Source: Prevotella sp. (GTDB lineage: Bacteria; Bacteroidota; Bacteroidia; Bacteroidales; Bacteroidaceae). Taken from it: DNA of 63,154 nucleotides. The stretch lies in the NCBI GenBank assembly GCA_051869395.1, contig JBJEAV010000060.1:1-63154 (forward strand), given 5' to 3'. Within the stretch, counting starts at the first letter, position 1, and the number at the start of each line of letters is the position of its first letter. The notes beneath the pieces are model-generated. The model saw only the letters and a program-made list of their open reading frames with translations, was not told the DNA's origin and did not search any database. The position numbers were made by a program, and so were the translations under genes. Below, piece after piece: positions 1 to 8,655 of the stretch.

Positions 1-80
1 CTTTACATATTTATATATGCGGGAAAATGACTATTTTTGCACTTGGAATAGCAATAATATAAAAAACACCTAAATATAAT

Positions 81-1007
81 ATGTATATGGCAAACAATAG
101 ACATGCATACCTCATAATGGCTCACAATGAATGGGAATTGCTCAACACGCTGCTCTCACTCATTGATGACCCACGCAACGATATTTTCCTGCATATCGAC
201 AAAAAGGTCAAGACAATGCCGGAATTGTACAAAACAAAGTACTCAAAGCTCTATCTCACGCCAAAGCGATACGATGTTCGTTGGGGAGACGTAGGCCAGG
301 TACATTCGGAAATGCACCTGTTTCGTACGGCTTACGAGCATGGCCCATATCAGTATTACCACAAGCTCTCAGGCGTTGACCTTCCTATCAAGAGTCAGGA
401 CTATATCCATGACTTTTTCGACAAGAACAATGGCAAGGAGTTCATAGGCTTCTTCACCCTTACAGACTTTATCAAGGGCGACATAGAGCGCAAGAGAAGA
501 CGATATTACTTCCTCATGAGATGGAACTACCGCACTCCGTTTGTGCCCAAATGGAAGGTGACACTTGCGAAGATTGTACGCCATACGGCATTGAAAATAC
601 AAGACATACTACATATAGACAGAGGCAACGAATTGAAATTCCGCACAGGTCATAACTGGGTGTCGCTCACAGGCGATGCCGTAAAGTATCTGCTCGACCA
701 AGAAGACTTCATCAACCGTCGCTTTGCCCATACCACCTGCGGTGACGAGATGTACAAGCACTCTATACTCATCTCTAATCCCGAAATACGCGAGCGTATC
801 TACGACCTTGAAGACGGCATCCACAGCTGCATGCGCTTCATCGACTTCAACCGCGCCTCTGCCGAACAGAAGCGTAGAGGAGAGCCATATACATGGCAGG
901 ACGGTGACGCAGAGGAACTTCTGAAGTCAGAGTATCTCTTTGCCCGTAAGTTCTCAAGCAAGTATCCTGGGGTGATAAGGGACATCAGTACTTTCTTGAA
1001 GCCATAA
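81..1007 (+). CDS. Core-2/I-branching (GT14-like) glycosyltransferase
   Basis: HAYLIMAH, IFLHID, VRWGD, LSGVDLP, DE motif and C-terminal LFARKF are typical of the family; start may be ATG 87. Confidence 0.85.
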   Translation: MYMANNRHAYLIMAHNEWELLNTLLSLIDDPRNDIFLHIDKKVKTMPELYKTKYSKLYLTPKRYDVRWGDVGQVHSEMHLFRTAYEHGPYQYYHKLSGVDLPIKSQDYIHDFFDKNNGKEFIGFFTLTDFIKGDIERKRRRYYFLMRWNYRTPFVPKWKVTLAKIVRHTALKIQDILHIDRGNELKFRTGHNWVSLTGDAVKYLLDQEDFINRRFAHTTCGDEMYKHSILISNPEIRERIYDLEDGIHSCMRFIDFNRASAEQKRRGEPYTWQDGDAEELLKSEYLFARKFSSKYPGVIRDISTFLKP

Positions 1008-1959
1008 GATGACGTAAGACAATATACACGCATGGAGATAACCTGAAGGGTTTAAGGCTATTGGGTATATATTGCGGTTTAACAAGTTTCAGCAGTTGCA
1101 CGAGTGCTCTTGTTATTTCTTTTCTGTCACGATATATACTTCGATAGTGAATAGTGTACCATAGAATGATGTTGATGTTTACACAAACATTCTCCGATAA
1201 TTTCCTCTTCGCCTCTCCGTCTGTATGTATAGCTGCATTCGCGATAATTTCTATCGAGCGACAAGCCTGCAGCAATTTTCCGGTTGACATGTTGGCGACA
1301 CACGATGACGTGTTATGTCGATAGAGATAAAAAAGGATATCGGTATTGACAAACACCTTGCTTTTGAGTATTGCCTGCGTGATAAATGCCCAATCTTCCA
1401 TAAAAGCCACCTTTGGAGGAAAGGTCAACCTGTTGTCTGTTATCAGTTGTCGGGATATGAGATACCCCCAACAATAGCCCTCTTTTAGTTTCGTCACCTT
1501 TACTATAGCTTCCTCGCCAGTCATCACTTCTATTGAAGGTTTACTATCAGTCCTGCTATTATATTCTTCATATACAGCATCTTGTGGCACTTCAAGATGT
1601 GTGGCCTTCACTATCTCAGCATTGTTATTGACTGCAATATCAACCAGTGTCCGTAAGCTGCCTTCCACAATCATATCGTCAGCATCCACAAATGCTATAT
1701 ATTTGCCAGACGCAATTCCTATAGCATTGTTTCGAGTGCATGCCACTCCTTGGTTTTCTTGTTTTACGACCCTGATATTATCATTACGGTCTGAGTAGGC
1801 TTTGGCTATAGTAAAGCTGTTGTCAGTGCTTCCGTCATCAACTATGATGACCTCATAGCATGCTTTATCAAAATCTTGGAGTAATATGCTGTCAAGACAT
1901 TGATTGATGTATTTCTCGCAATTGTAGAGCGGAATAATTATTGAAAGTAAAGGTTTCAT
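985..1959 (-). CDS. Glycosyltransferase family 2
   Basis: LSIIIPLYN, DDGSTD, RN..I..A.GKYIAFVDADD, ED motif. Confidence 0.92.
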   Translation of the reverse strand: MKPLLSIIIPLYNCEKYINQCLDSILLQDFDKACYEVIIVDDGSTDNSFTIAKAYSDRNDNIRVVKQENQGVACTRNNAIGIASGKYIAFVDADDMIVEGSLRTLVDIAVNNNAEIVKATHLEVPQDAVYEEYNSRTDSKPSIEVMTGEEAIVKVTKLKEGYCWGYLISRQLITDNRLTFPPKVAFMEDWAFITQAILKSKVFVNTDILFYLYRHNTSSCVANMSTGKLLQACRSIEIIANAAIHTDGEAKRKLSENVCVNINIILWYTIHYRSIYRDRKEITRALVQLLKLVKPQYIPNSLKPFRLSPCVYIVLRHLMASRKY

Positions 1960-1970
1960 ATCTAATTATT

Positions 1971-3098
1971 TTATAGTTTTTTGACGACTTCTTCCATTTG
2001 GTGTTTCCACGACAGATGTTCCACCGTATTTCTAATTTCCGATGGTTTGAAGTTATGGGTATCGATAAAGTCAATTATCTCTTGTATGTTTATCGGCGAC
2101 TCGTCGGCAGGTGCCTTTATGATGTAAGGTTTGTCCTCGAAGTCGCTGTCGTTCTCGGAATATATGAATGATATTCCTCTTGCGGCGTATTCACGGTTTT
2201 TCAATGTCTTGATGTCAGTTATGCCGCTTCTGTGTCGCCCAAGGCTTCCAATGGCAAATGTGCATTGGTTGAAAACATCGTCAAGCTGTTCGCCAAAGAG
2301 TTTCCCGTGGTTGATGACGAAGTTGTCAATGTCATATTTCCTTGCCGTTTGTTCTATGGTGAGATAACCATTGCTCGTGGTTCCCCTGTCATCCTCCCAA
2401 CCGACTACATGGAAAAACACCTTACGTCCGTCAGGGTTCTGCTTATAGTATTCTCCCATTCCTGCCACAAGCCGGTCGAAGCCATGCCAATAGTGAATTT
2501 CAGCCACGGCAATAAGGTGAATGTCTTTCTGTTTCTGAGGATTATGCAGAGGAATACTATCAAGCTCGATGCCATTGCTAATGCGTATTGTTCTCTTGCC
2601 AAAGATGGTTTTCTCGTTAGAGAACGTAACTATAGCCTCCATCTTTGCAGCAAGAGCCTTTCTGAAAGCCTTGTCGATATAAAGCGGAATTATATATTTC
2701 AGCGGATAGCCCTTGAACTCCGAATCGTATGGATATGTAGGTATCTCTGTCACGCATTTTATTCCAGCCTTTTTAAGTCTTGCGAAAAGCCTTATAAGCA
2801 CAGGACTTGCATTCATAAAACTGCGTGCATATACCATTTCAATGCCATTCTCAATGCAATAACGTGATATACATCCGAGATCAATCCTTGAGCGCAAGGC
2901 TGCCATTTCTCCCATACCATAGTCGGCAATAATCCTGCCGTCAACATATCGGCAACGATGTCCGCGAGAGTCAAAATCATAATAACAGAGATGGACTTCA
3001 TGTCCATTCTGCCGCAATCCCTTCACCTGATAGTGAATCTTCTTGCTTATGCCGCTCTCAGCTGAGAAGCCGTGATATACGAGAAACAGTATTTTCAT
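1971..3098 (-). CDS. Glycosyltransferase, GT-B fold (GT4-like)
   Basis: MKILFL, GHEVH, HGFDRL, LKNREYAARG; located inside the GT operon. Confidence 0.85.
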   Translation of the reverse strand: MKILFLVYHGFSAESGISKKIHYQVKGLRQNGHEVHLCYYDFDSRGHRCRYVDGRIIADYGMGEMAALRSRIDLGCISRYCIENGIEMVYARSFMNASPVLIRLFARLKKAGIKCVTEIPTYPYDSEFKGYPLKYIIPLYIDKAFRKALAAKMEAIVTFSNEKTIFGKRTIRISNGIELDSIPLHNPQKQKDIHLIAVAEIHYWHGFDRLVAGMGEYYKQNPDGRKVFFHVVGWEDDRGTTSNGYLTIEQTARKYDIDNFVINHGKLFGEQLDDVFNQCTFAIGSLGRHRSGITDIKTLKNREYAARGISFIYSENDSDFEDKPYIIKAPADESPINIQEIIDFIDTHNFKPSEIRNTVEHLSWKHQMEEVVKKL

Positions 3099-3107
3099 TG
3101 ATTTAGT

Positions 3108-4166
3108 CTATTTTATATGTGATAATAATTTGTCCATTATAATCGAAGGTCTCCAAAACAACAAGGTAATCCTATCGAAGTATCTGCGATAAAACCTGAT
3201 TCTTATGATTCCATCAAATGGTTTTGTGGCAAGCAAGGTCATAAGGAAAAGTATGGGACGAAAATTCCTTATATGTTTTTTCAATATTGTGAGTACGATA
3301 TGTCTCAATTGCCTTTCTTCCGATTCAACGTCAGGAATAACATTTCTAACATTATGAATAAAATCAATTGCTCTTGTCGCAAGATTGAATGCAAAGAAAC
3401 TCTTTCCTACATAACAATTGCCCTGCAGTTCATTTTCATAAATATTTAGTATTGAAATATATCCAGCTAAAGTATTCTGTGCATTTCCAAATTTGCTGTT
3501 CAGCGTTTGACCTTTATTGTTTTTTCTATAAAAATAGGTAATTTGAGGTATTATGACAACTTTGTTTAGCAATGAGTATAGATGAAAGTTAAAAAGGTCG
3601 TCTTCTGACACGCTCACATCTGTTTTGAATTTTATATTGTGTTTGTTCAGGACATTACGTTTTATCAACATATTCCAAATAGTGTAATGTGCCAAACTTC
3701 CCTCAAAGAGATAATTGAGATTATTTATTACTTTAATATTATTGATGTCAAACTGTTTGGAGGTTAACATCTCATTGTAAGCATTGCCAATAATCAACTC
3801 AGCATCTGGATGCATCAGATGAGTATCATACAGTGATTTAAGGCAGTCGGGATAAAGGTAATCGTCAGAATCAATAAAGAACACATAGTCGCCTTTTGCA
3901 GCGTCAATGCCATCATTTCTTGATGTGGAAATTCCAATATTCTTTTCGTGGTTAATGACTTTGACAGTCATCTTTCCTTTATCTGATTGATATTTTTTTA
4001 TTATACGGACAATAATTTCCATTGAATTGTCGGGAGTGCAGTCATTCACTATGACGCATTCAATAATAGAATGGTCAATTGTCTGATTGATCACTGATAA
4101 CAAACAATCCTCAATGTATTTTTCAACATTATAAACTGGAATTATTATGGATATTTCTGGATTCAT
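3108..4166 (-). CDS. Glycosyltransferase family 2 (AT-rich)
   Basis: ISIIIPVYNVEKY, NDCTPD, RNDGIDAAKGDYVFFIDSDD, EDD. Confidence 0.92.
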   Translation of the reverse strand: MNPEISIIIPVYNVEKYIEDCLLSVINQTIDHSIIECVIVNDCTPDNSMEIIVRIIKKYQSDKGKMTVKVINHEKNIGISTSRNDGIDAAKGDYVFFIDSDDYLYPDCLKSLYDTHLMHPDAELIIGNAYNEMLTSKQFDINNIKVINNLNYLFEGSLAHYTIWNMLIKRNVLNKHNIKFKTDVSVSEDDLFNFHLYSLLNKVVIIPQITYFYRKNNKGQTLNSKFGNAQNTLAGYISILNIYENELQGNCYVGKSFFAFNLATRAIDFIHNVRNVIPDVESEERQLRHIVLTILKKHIRNFRPILFLMTLLATKPFDGIIRIRFYRRYFDRITLLFWRPSIIMDKLLSHIK

Positions 4167-4181
4167 CTCACTATCTTTATT

Positions 4182-5114
4182 TTATTTGAAATAACTTTCC
4201 CAACCATCTATATACGTCTTGTTTTCCCAAGCTTTTTTCTTCAAAACAGGAAATATAGTATATAAGATTCTTTTACCAAGAGACTTTTGAATTACCACAT
4301 ATCGCCAACCAGATAGTTTCTGATATTTCTGGAAAAGCACTTTTCCTGGAAGATAACTTCCCAATGACCAAGGTTTTGTAGGACCCATATAATGAAAAAT
4401 CACTGGAGATTCTCTTGCTTCCATTATCTCCGGATGTCTATTCTCTGGAAAATATTCAAGGTTTTTATATAAATGGTATGGTGTGACATTGTATTTAATA
4501 GGCAACTCTATTCGCTCATCCTTAAGGATAACATTCAATGCATCTTGATCCGGGTAGATTATCCTATCCTTATTATCTACGATATACGTCAACACTTTAT
4601 TCTGTATGTCATGTTTCCTCCAATAATCCAAATTCATAACAATCACACCTGAGTTGAGATAATAGCTTCCCTGAACACCAAGTCGCCCTAAGGTTTCTTC
4701 ATTATTATAATAATAATCCGGTGACATTGCCACTGCTGCGTCATTAATATCAGTGTCCAACAACTCTTTCAAGTCATTGTTGACCACAAGGTCACAATCC
4801 AGATATATCACCTTGTCCAAATCTGTTAACATCGAAGGCAACAATAACCTTGCATACATCATGACATCGGAATAATGCATTTTATTATTAACAGGGCAAT
4901 CCTTTAATATATTCAAATCTATCTCTAATAGTTTTAATCCCACATGAAATTTCTCTGCAATATTATGCAGTCTTTTGATTGTCCTCTCCTTCAAGCCATT
5001 ATGCAACAAATACATCATCACATCATCGGATTTCACGTTAACACCGACAGATGTAATGACCACTCCAAACATTGGGGCCAACTTTTCGTTTGAACAACAG
5101 GCGATATGTATCAT
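4182..5114 (-). CDS. Glycosyltransferase family 8 (AT-rich)
   Basis: YARLLLP, KVIYLDCDLVV, YLNSGVIVMNL, DQDALN, HYMGPTKPW. Confidence 0.93.
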   Translation of the reverse strand: MIHIACCSNEKLAPMFGVVITSVGVNVKSDDVMMYLLHNGLKERTIKRLHNIAEKFHVGLKLLEIDLNILKDCPVNNKMHYSDVMMYARLLLPSMLTDLDKVIYLDCDLVVNNDLKELLDTDINDAAVAMSPDYYYNNEETLGRLGVQGSYYLNSGVIVMNLDYWRKHDIQNKVLTYIVDNKDRIIYPDQDALNVILKDERIELPIKYNVTPYHLYKNLEYFPENRHPEIMEARESPVIFHYMGPTKPWSLGSYLPGKVLFQKYQKLSGWRYVVIQKSLGKRILYTIFPVLKKKAWENKTYIDGWESYFK

Positions 5115-5121
5115 TGCTTTA

Positions 5122-5970
5122 TTATTGTTTTATAAGATTATCTTCCGAATCTTCGTATTTCTCCTTCTTGAAGAATATGCGAGTGATGCCTTTCAGTTGC
5201 ACTCTCGCACGATAGATGAGACTGCCAAAGAGCGAACCGTTGCCGAGGGTTCCATAGCCAGTGACTGGACGTGCTTTGCGGTTGTGTACAAAAGCTATGC
5301 GGCCGTATTTCTTGAGCGAGAGGGCAAGCGAACCGTCTTCGCCACGGCGGATGTCGGTGCGTATGCGCTCCTTGCGGGCATAGTCGGCATTGAAAGCAAA
5401 AGTCATTCCGCGCACGCAAAGTTCAGGACGCTTGAAGTGCTGAATATATAAAAATGTGTCGCGGATTAGCTCAAAGAGCCAAAGACCAAAGGCAGCATGG
5501 TTGTCATCTGGATAATAACTCCAGAATCCTCCCACACATGACACACCTGAACGTTGCAGTGTCTGCATCATCGTGTCAACATATTGTGGAGGATAGAATG
5601 TGTCGGCATCAATGAAGAAATGATATTTCCCACGGGAGTTGTCCAATCCACACTGGCGGGCATAACCAGGGCTTTGGCGAGTTTCATTGAAATATCTAAC
5701 TCCTAAAGCCTTATACACTTCCTCGGTATCGTCCTTTGAGTTATTATTCACTCCAAGAATCTCTAAGGGATAAGTTGTACTTAGGTCACTAAGCGACCAT
5801 AGACAAGAGGCAAGTCGCTTTCCCTCGTTATACGCAATAACGACTATCGACACGAGAGGCTCATCGCTCTGCATCGCTGCCAGTCGCTCGCGGGTGGAAG
5901 TGATTACTTCGTCGGGCACCTCGCTGAATGGCTTTTCGTATATCGAGAGGTATTTACTGTACCATGCCAT
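5122..5970 (-). CDS. Glycosyltransferase family 2
   Basis: VSIVVIAYNE, NNNSKD, FIDADT, GEDG; ATG at 5970 (MAWYSKY) preferred over TTG 5985. Confidence 0.88.
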   Translation of the reverse strand: MAWYSKYLSIYEKPFSEVPDEVITSTRERLAAMQSDEPLVSIVVIAYNEGKRLASCLWSLSDLSTTYPLEILGVNNNSKDDTEEVYKALGVRYFNETRQSPGYARQCGLDNSRGKYHFFIDADTFYPPQYVDTMMQTLQRSGVSCVGGFWSYYPDDNHAAFGLWLFELIRDTFLYIQHFKRPELCVRGMTFAFNADYARKERIRTDIRRGEDGSLALSLKKYGRIAFVHNRKARPVTGYGTLGNGSLFGSLIYRARVQLKGITRIFFKKEKYEDSEDNLIKQ

Positions 5971-5974
5971 ATTT

Positions 5975-6313
5975 TTAAAGTCCAAGTTCTTTTAATATTT
6001 CAGTTATTTCTTCTTTTGATATAATTGAACGTTCTTCTTTATCATAGATGTAAAGCAAGTGGATAGTTCCACTGTTTTCATCAATCAAAACGTTGAATGT
6101 AATGACACGCGCTCCATGACTTTTTCCTTTATTCTTTGCGGATATTGCCATTCTGACTTTGCGTAGTCCATGTCCAAGGTCTATACCCTCATAAGGGTTC
6201 CTCTCTAATCTGTCCAACAACAATCCATAATCATTCTTCAATGATTTATATTTCTTTCCAAGTCTTTTGAGTTCTTTTGCAAATAGCCTGGAAGCTATAA
6301 TCTCATAGTTCAT
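5975..6313 (-). CDS. RelE/ParE-family toxin (type II TA)
   Basis: 112 aa, basic; FAKELKRL, RKVRMAI..KNKGKSHGARVI, LLYIYDK fit the RelE pattern. Confidence 0.82.
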   Translation of the reverse strand: MNYEIIASRLFAKELKRLGKKYKSLKNDYGLLLDRLERNPYEGIDLGHGLRKVRMAISAKNKGKSHGARVITFNVLIDENSGTIHLLYIYDKEERSIISKEEITEILKELGL

Positions 6314-6566
6314 TTAACAGCTGTCTTGCGTCCATTAATTTTATTCCTTTTTCTCGTGACTTTTTAACCTCCATTAGCGAGATGCGTATTCCATCAAGGA
6401 TTTCATCCTTGCTAATGTATTCCTCTGAATCCTTATCACATGCTGTTGCAATGGTGCGTTCAAATGACCGCTTCAAAGATTCTATAAGAGATACACTATT
6501 GACACTGTTGATTAAGTCAATCAATGCCATTTTTTCTGCTTGTAAATTAATTGTCGATGTGTTCAT
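6303..6566 (-). CDS. Putative cognate antitoxin
   Basis: 87 aa, directly upstream of and overlapping the toxin; C-terminal 'LMDARQLLNEL' resembles addiction-module antitoxins. Confidence 0.65.
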   Translation of the reverse strand: MNTSTINLQAEKMALIDLINSVNSVSLIESLKRSFERTIATACDKDSEEYISKDEILDGIRISLMEVKKSREKGIKLMDARQLLNEL

Positions 6567-6619
6567 ATCTTATTGTTGTTATAAGTGTTTTGTCAGCTTA
6601 TTCCCCTGTTTCTCGGCCA

Positions 6620-6627
6620 CAAAAATA
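6620..6627 (-). promoter_or_regulatory. Bacteroidota -7 promoter element (TATTTTTG) for the TA + GT operon
   Basis: Matches TAnnTTTG, about 55 nt upstream of the antitoxin ATG. Confidence 0.55.
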
Positions 6628-6711
6628 ATAAAAATATGCCTATCTACAAAACTTTTTCTGAAAAAACATCAATATTTTGACCAAAAATGCGGTTTTTAGA
6701 ATAAAAAGCAG

Positions 6712-6719
6712 TAATTTTG
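6712..6719 (+). promoter_or_regulatory. -7 promoter element (TAATTTTG) for trmD
   Basis: TAnnTTTG followed by CAGCC-ATG. Confidence 0.65.
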
Positions 6720-6724
6720 CAGCC

Positions 6725-7402
6725 ATGAGAATAGATATTATATCAGTTTTGCCCGAAATGATTGAGGGCTTTGTCAATGAGTCAATACTCGCAAGAGCCC
6801 AAAAAAAGGGTCTTGCGGAGATACATCTTCATAACCTGCGCGACTACACTCTCGACAAGTGGCGCCGTGTGGACGATTATCCCTACGGCGGTTTTGCTGG
6901 TATGGTGATGCAGTGCGAACCTATCGACCGCTGCATATCGGCACTCAAGGCCGAAAGGGATTACGACGAGGTGATATATACTTCGCCCGACGGCGAGCAA
7001 TTCACACAGCACGTGGCGAACGACCTTTCGCTCAAAGGCAACCTTATTATATTATGCGGACACTATAAGGGTATCGACCACAGGATTCGCGAGCACCTTA
7101 TCACACGCGAGATAAGCATCGGCGACTATGTGCTCACCGGAGGCGAACTGGCGGCTGCAGTGATGGCAGATGCTATCGTGAGAGTTGTACCGGGAGTGAT
7201 TGGCGACGAGCAGAGTGCATTGTCGGATTGTTTTCAGGATGATCTCCTCTCCGCCCCCATCTACACCCGTCCTGCTGACTACAAGGGATGGAAGGTGCCC
7301 GAAATCTTGCTCAGTGGCAACGAGGCCAAGATAAAGCAGTGGGAAATGGACCAGGCTATGGAGCGCACGAAATTGCTTAGGCCAGACCTTTTGGAAGATT
7401 AA
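6725..7402 (+). CDS. trmD: tRNA (guanine37-N1)-methyltransferase
   Basis: [39 protein letters not shown]. Confidence 0.97.
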   Translation: MRIDIISVLPEMIEGFVNESILARAQKKGLAEIHLHNLRDYTLDKWRRVDDYPYGGFAGMVMQCEPIDRCISALKAERDYDEVIYTSPDGEQFTQHVANDLSLKGNLIILCGHYKGIDHRIREHLITREISIGDYVLTGGELAAAVMADAIVRVVPGVIGDEQSALSDCFQDDLLSAPIYTRPADYKGWKVPEILLSGNEAKIKQWEMDQAMERTKLLRPDLLED

Positions 7403-7431
7403 AGAATTATATTCAACTTTCAACACTTTAT

Positions 7432-7666
7432 TTGTTGGCACGGAAAGACACGGCTTTAAAAAAGACACGGCTTTGGCTCCGCATAGTTATATACCACGGC
7501 ACTTCGTGATAACGGCTTGCTTGCGCAAGTTCACGGCTTAATTTGTCTCAGCGAGAATGAGCCGTGACTATACTTTAGTATAGCATTGAGCAAAATAAGC
7601 CCACATCCATTGCGCAGCCAAAACCGTGTCTTTTAATAAAAAGCCGTGTCCATCCGTGCCTAATAA
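7432..7666. mobile_element. Non-coding palindromic mini-element (MITE-like) with ~52-56 bp imperfect terminal inverted repeats
   Basis: ttggcacggaaagacacggcttt..gacacggctttggctccgca (7432-7483) mirrors tgcgcagccaaaaccgtgtc..aaagccgtgtccatccgtgcctaa (7611-7666). Confidence 0.7.
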
Positions 7667-7667
7667 T

Positions 7668-7702
7668 CTTCAACTTTCAATTTACAACTTTCAATTTACA
7701 AA
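7668..7702 (-). repeat. Heptamer tandem repeat (TGAAAGT/TGTAAAT-like x5)
   Basis: cttcaac tttcaat ttacaac tttcaat ttacaaa; contains the patatin stop codon. Confidence 0.8.
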
Positions 7703-8525
7703 ACTCCTCACCTAATTGGAAGCCTTCCTCATACAGAGCCTCCAGCTTTTTCTCGTCCTTTTCCATCCTGTCCACGTCCATCGGGCGCAAGGGACGGATT
7801 ACATCCACTTCTCCACGGTCTTCCATATCTTCCACCATCTGAAGTTGGCGGTTGTATTCGGCTATGCGCCTGCTCAATGTAACCCGCAAACGGGGATATT
7901 TTTTGTATATGAACTTGGGTATCTTACGGTCGCGCGACGTGTTGCGATAGCCACGGTTACGTGTGAGCACCAATACGTTACGCTCATGCCCCGTGTCTAT
8001 GGCACGCTGCACGGGAATGCTGTCAACAATGCCGCCGTCAAGGTATGGCTGACCGTCAACATCAATCACCTTGCTGACATACGGCAGACTGCTGCTGGCA
8101 CGACAAATATCCAGAAGACGCTGGCGGTTGCCCGACTTCTCGGTCAGGTATTCCGCCCTGCCAGTGTTGCAGTTGGTGACAACCATCTCAAACGTGGAGG
8201 GCGAAGAGAAATATGTGTCATAATCATACGGCACCAACTCATTGGGAAAACGGTCATAGAGAAGCTCAGGGTCGAAGATACAGCCTTGGGTGACAAGATG
8301 GCGCAACCCGATGTAGTCATATTTCACCAGCATGTCGATGTTGGACAGGCGTGCCCTACGTGGCTGACGGCTCACATACGACAACCCGTTACAGGCACCG
8401 GCAGAGACGGCGACTATATAACTGAAATTAACATCATATTTCATAAAGGCGTCAAGCACTCCGCTTGTGAACACTCCACGCATTCCTCCACCTTCGAGCA
8501 CAAGCCCAGTCTTTCTAAATATCAT
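7677..8525 (-). CDS. Patatin-like phospholipase
   Basis: LVLEGGGMRG, xVSAG nucleophile elbow, DGG. Confidence 0.92.
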   Translation of the reverse strand: MIFRKTGLVLEGGGMRGVFTSGVLDAFMKYDVNFSYIVAVSAGACNGLSYVSRQPRRARLSNIDMLVKYDYIGLRHLVTQGCIFDPELLYDRFPNELVPYDYDTYFSSPSTFEMVVTNCNTGRAEYLTEKSGNRQRLLDICRASSSLPYVSKVIDVDGQPYLDGGIVDSIPVQRAIDTGHERNVLVLTRNRGYRNTSRDRKIPKFIYKKYPRLRVTLSRRIAEYNRQLQMVEDMEDRGEVDVIRPLRPMDVDRMEKDEKKLEALYEEGFQLGEEFCKLKVVN

Positions 8526-8655
8526 CTTTATCTTATGTTATAAATTGCTAATTATGACATTAAAGTTGTAAATTTCGTGCAAAGTTATAAGTTTTTCCGA
8601 AAAAAATGCGTATCTTTGCAAAGATTTTTTGAATTAATAATAAAATTTATAGCTT

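Noticed and set aside
7716-8543. Long antisense ORFs (e.g. 7716-8543, 9292-10014, 20730-21500, 29074-30189, 39388-40236)
   Set aside because: Shadow frames opposite well-supported genes, explained by codon bias; no recognisable motifs
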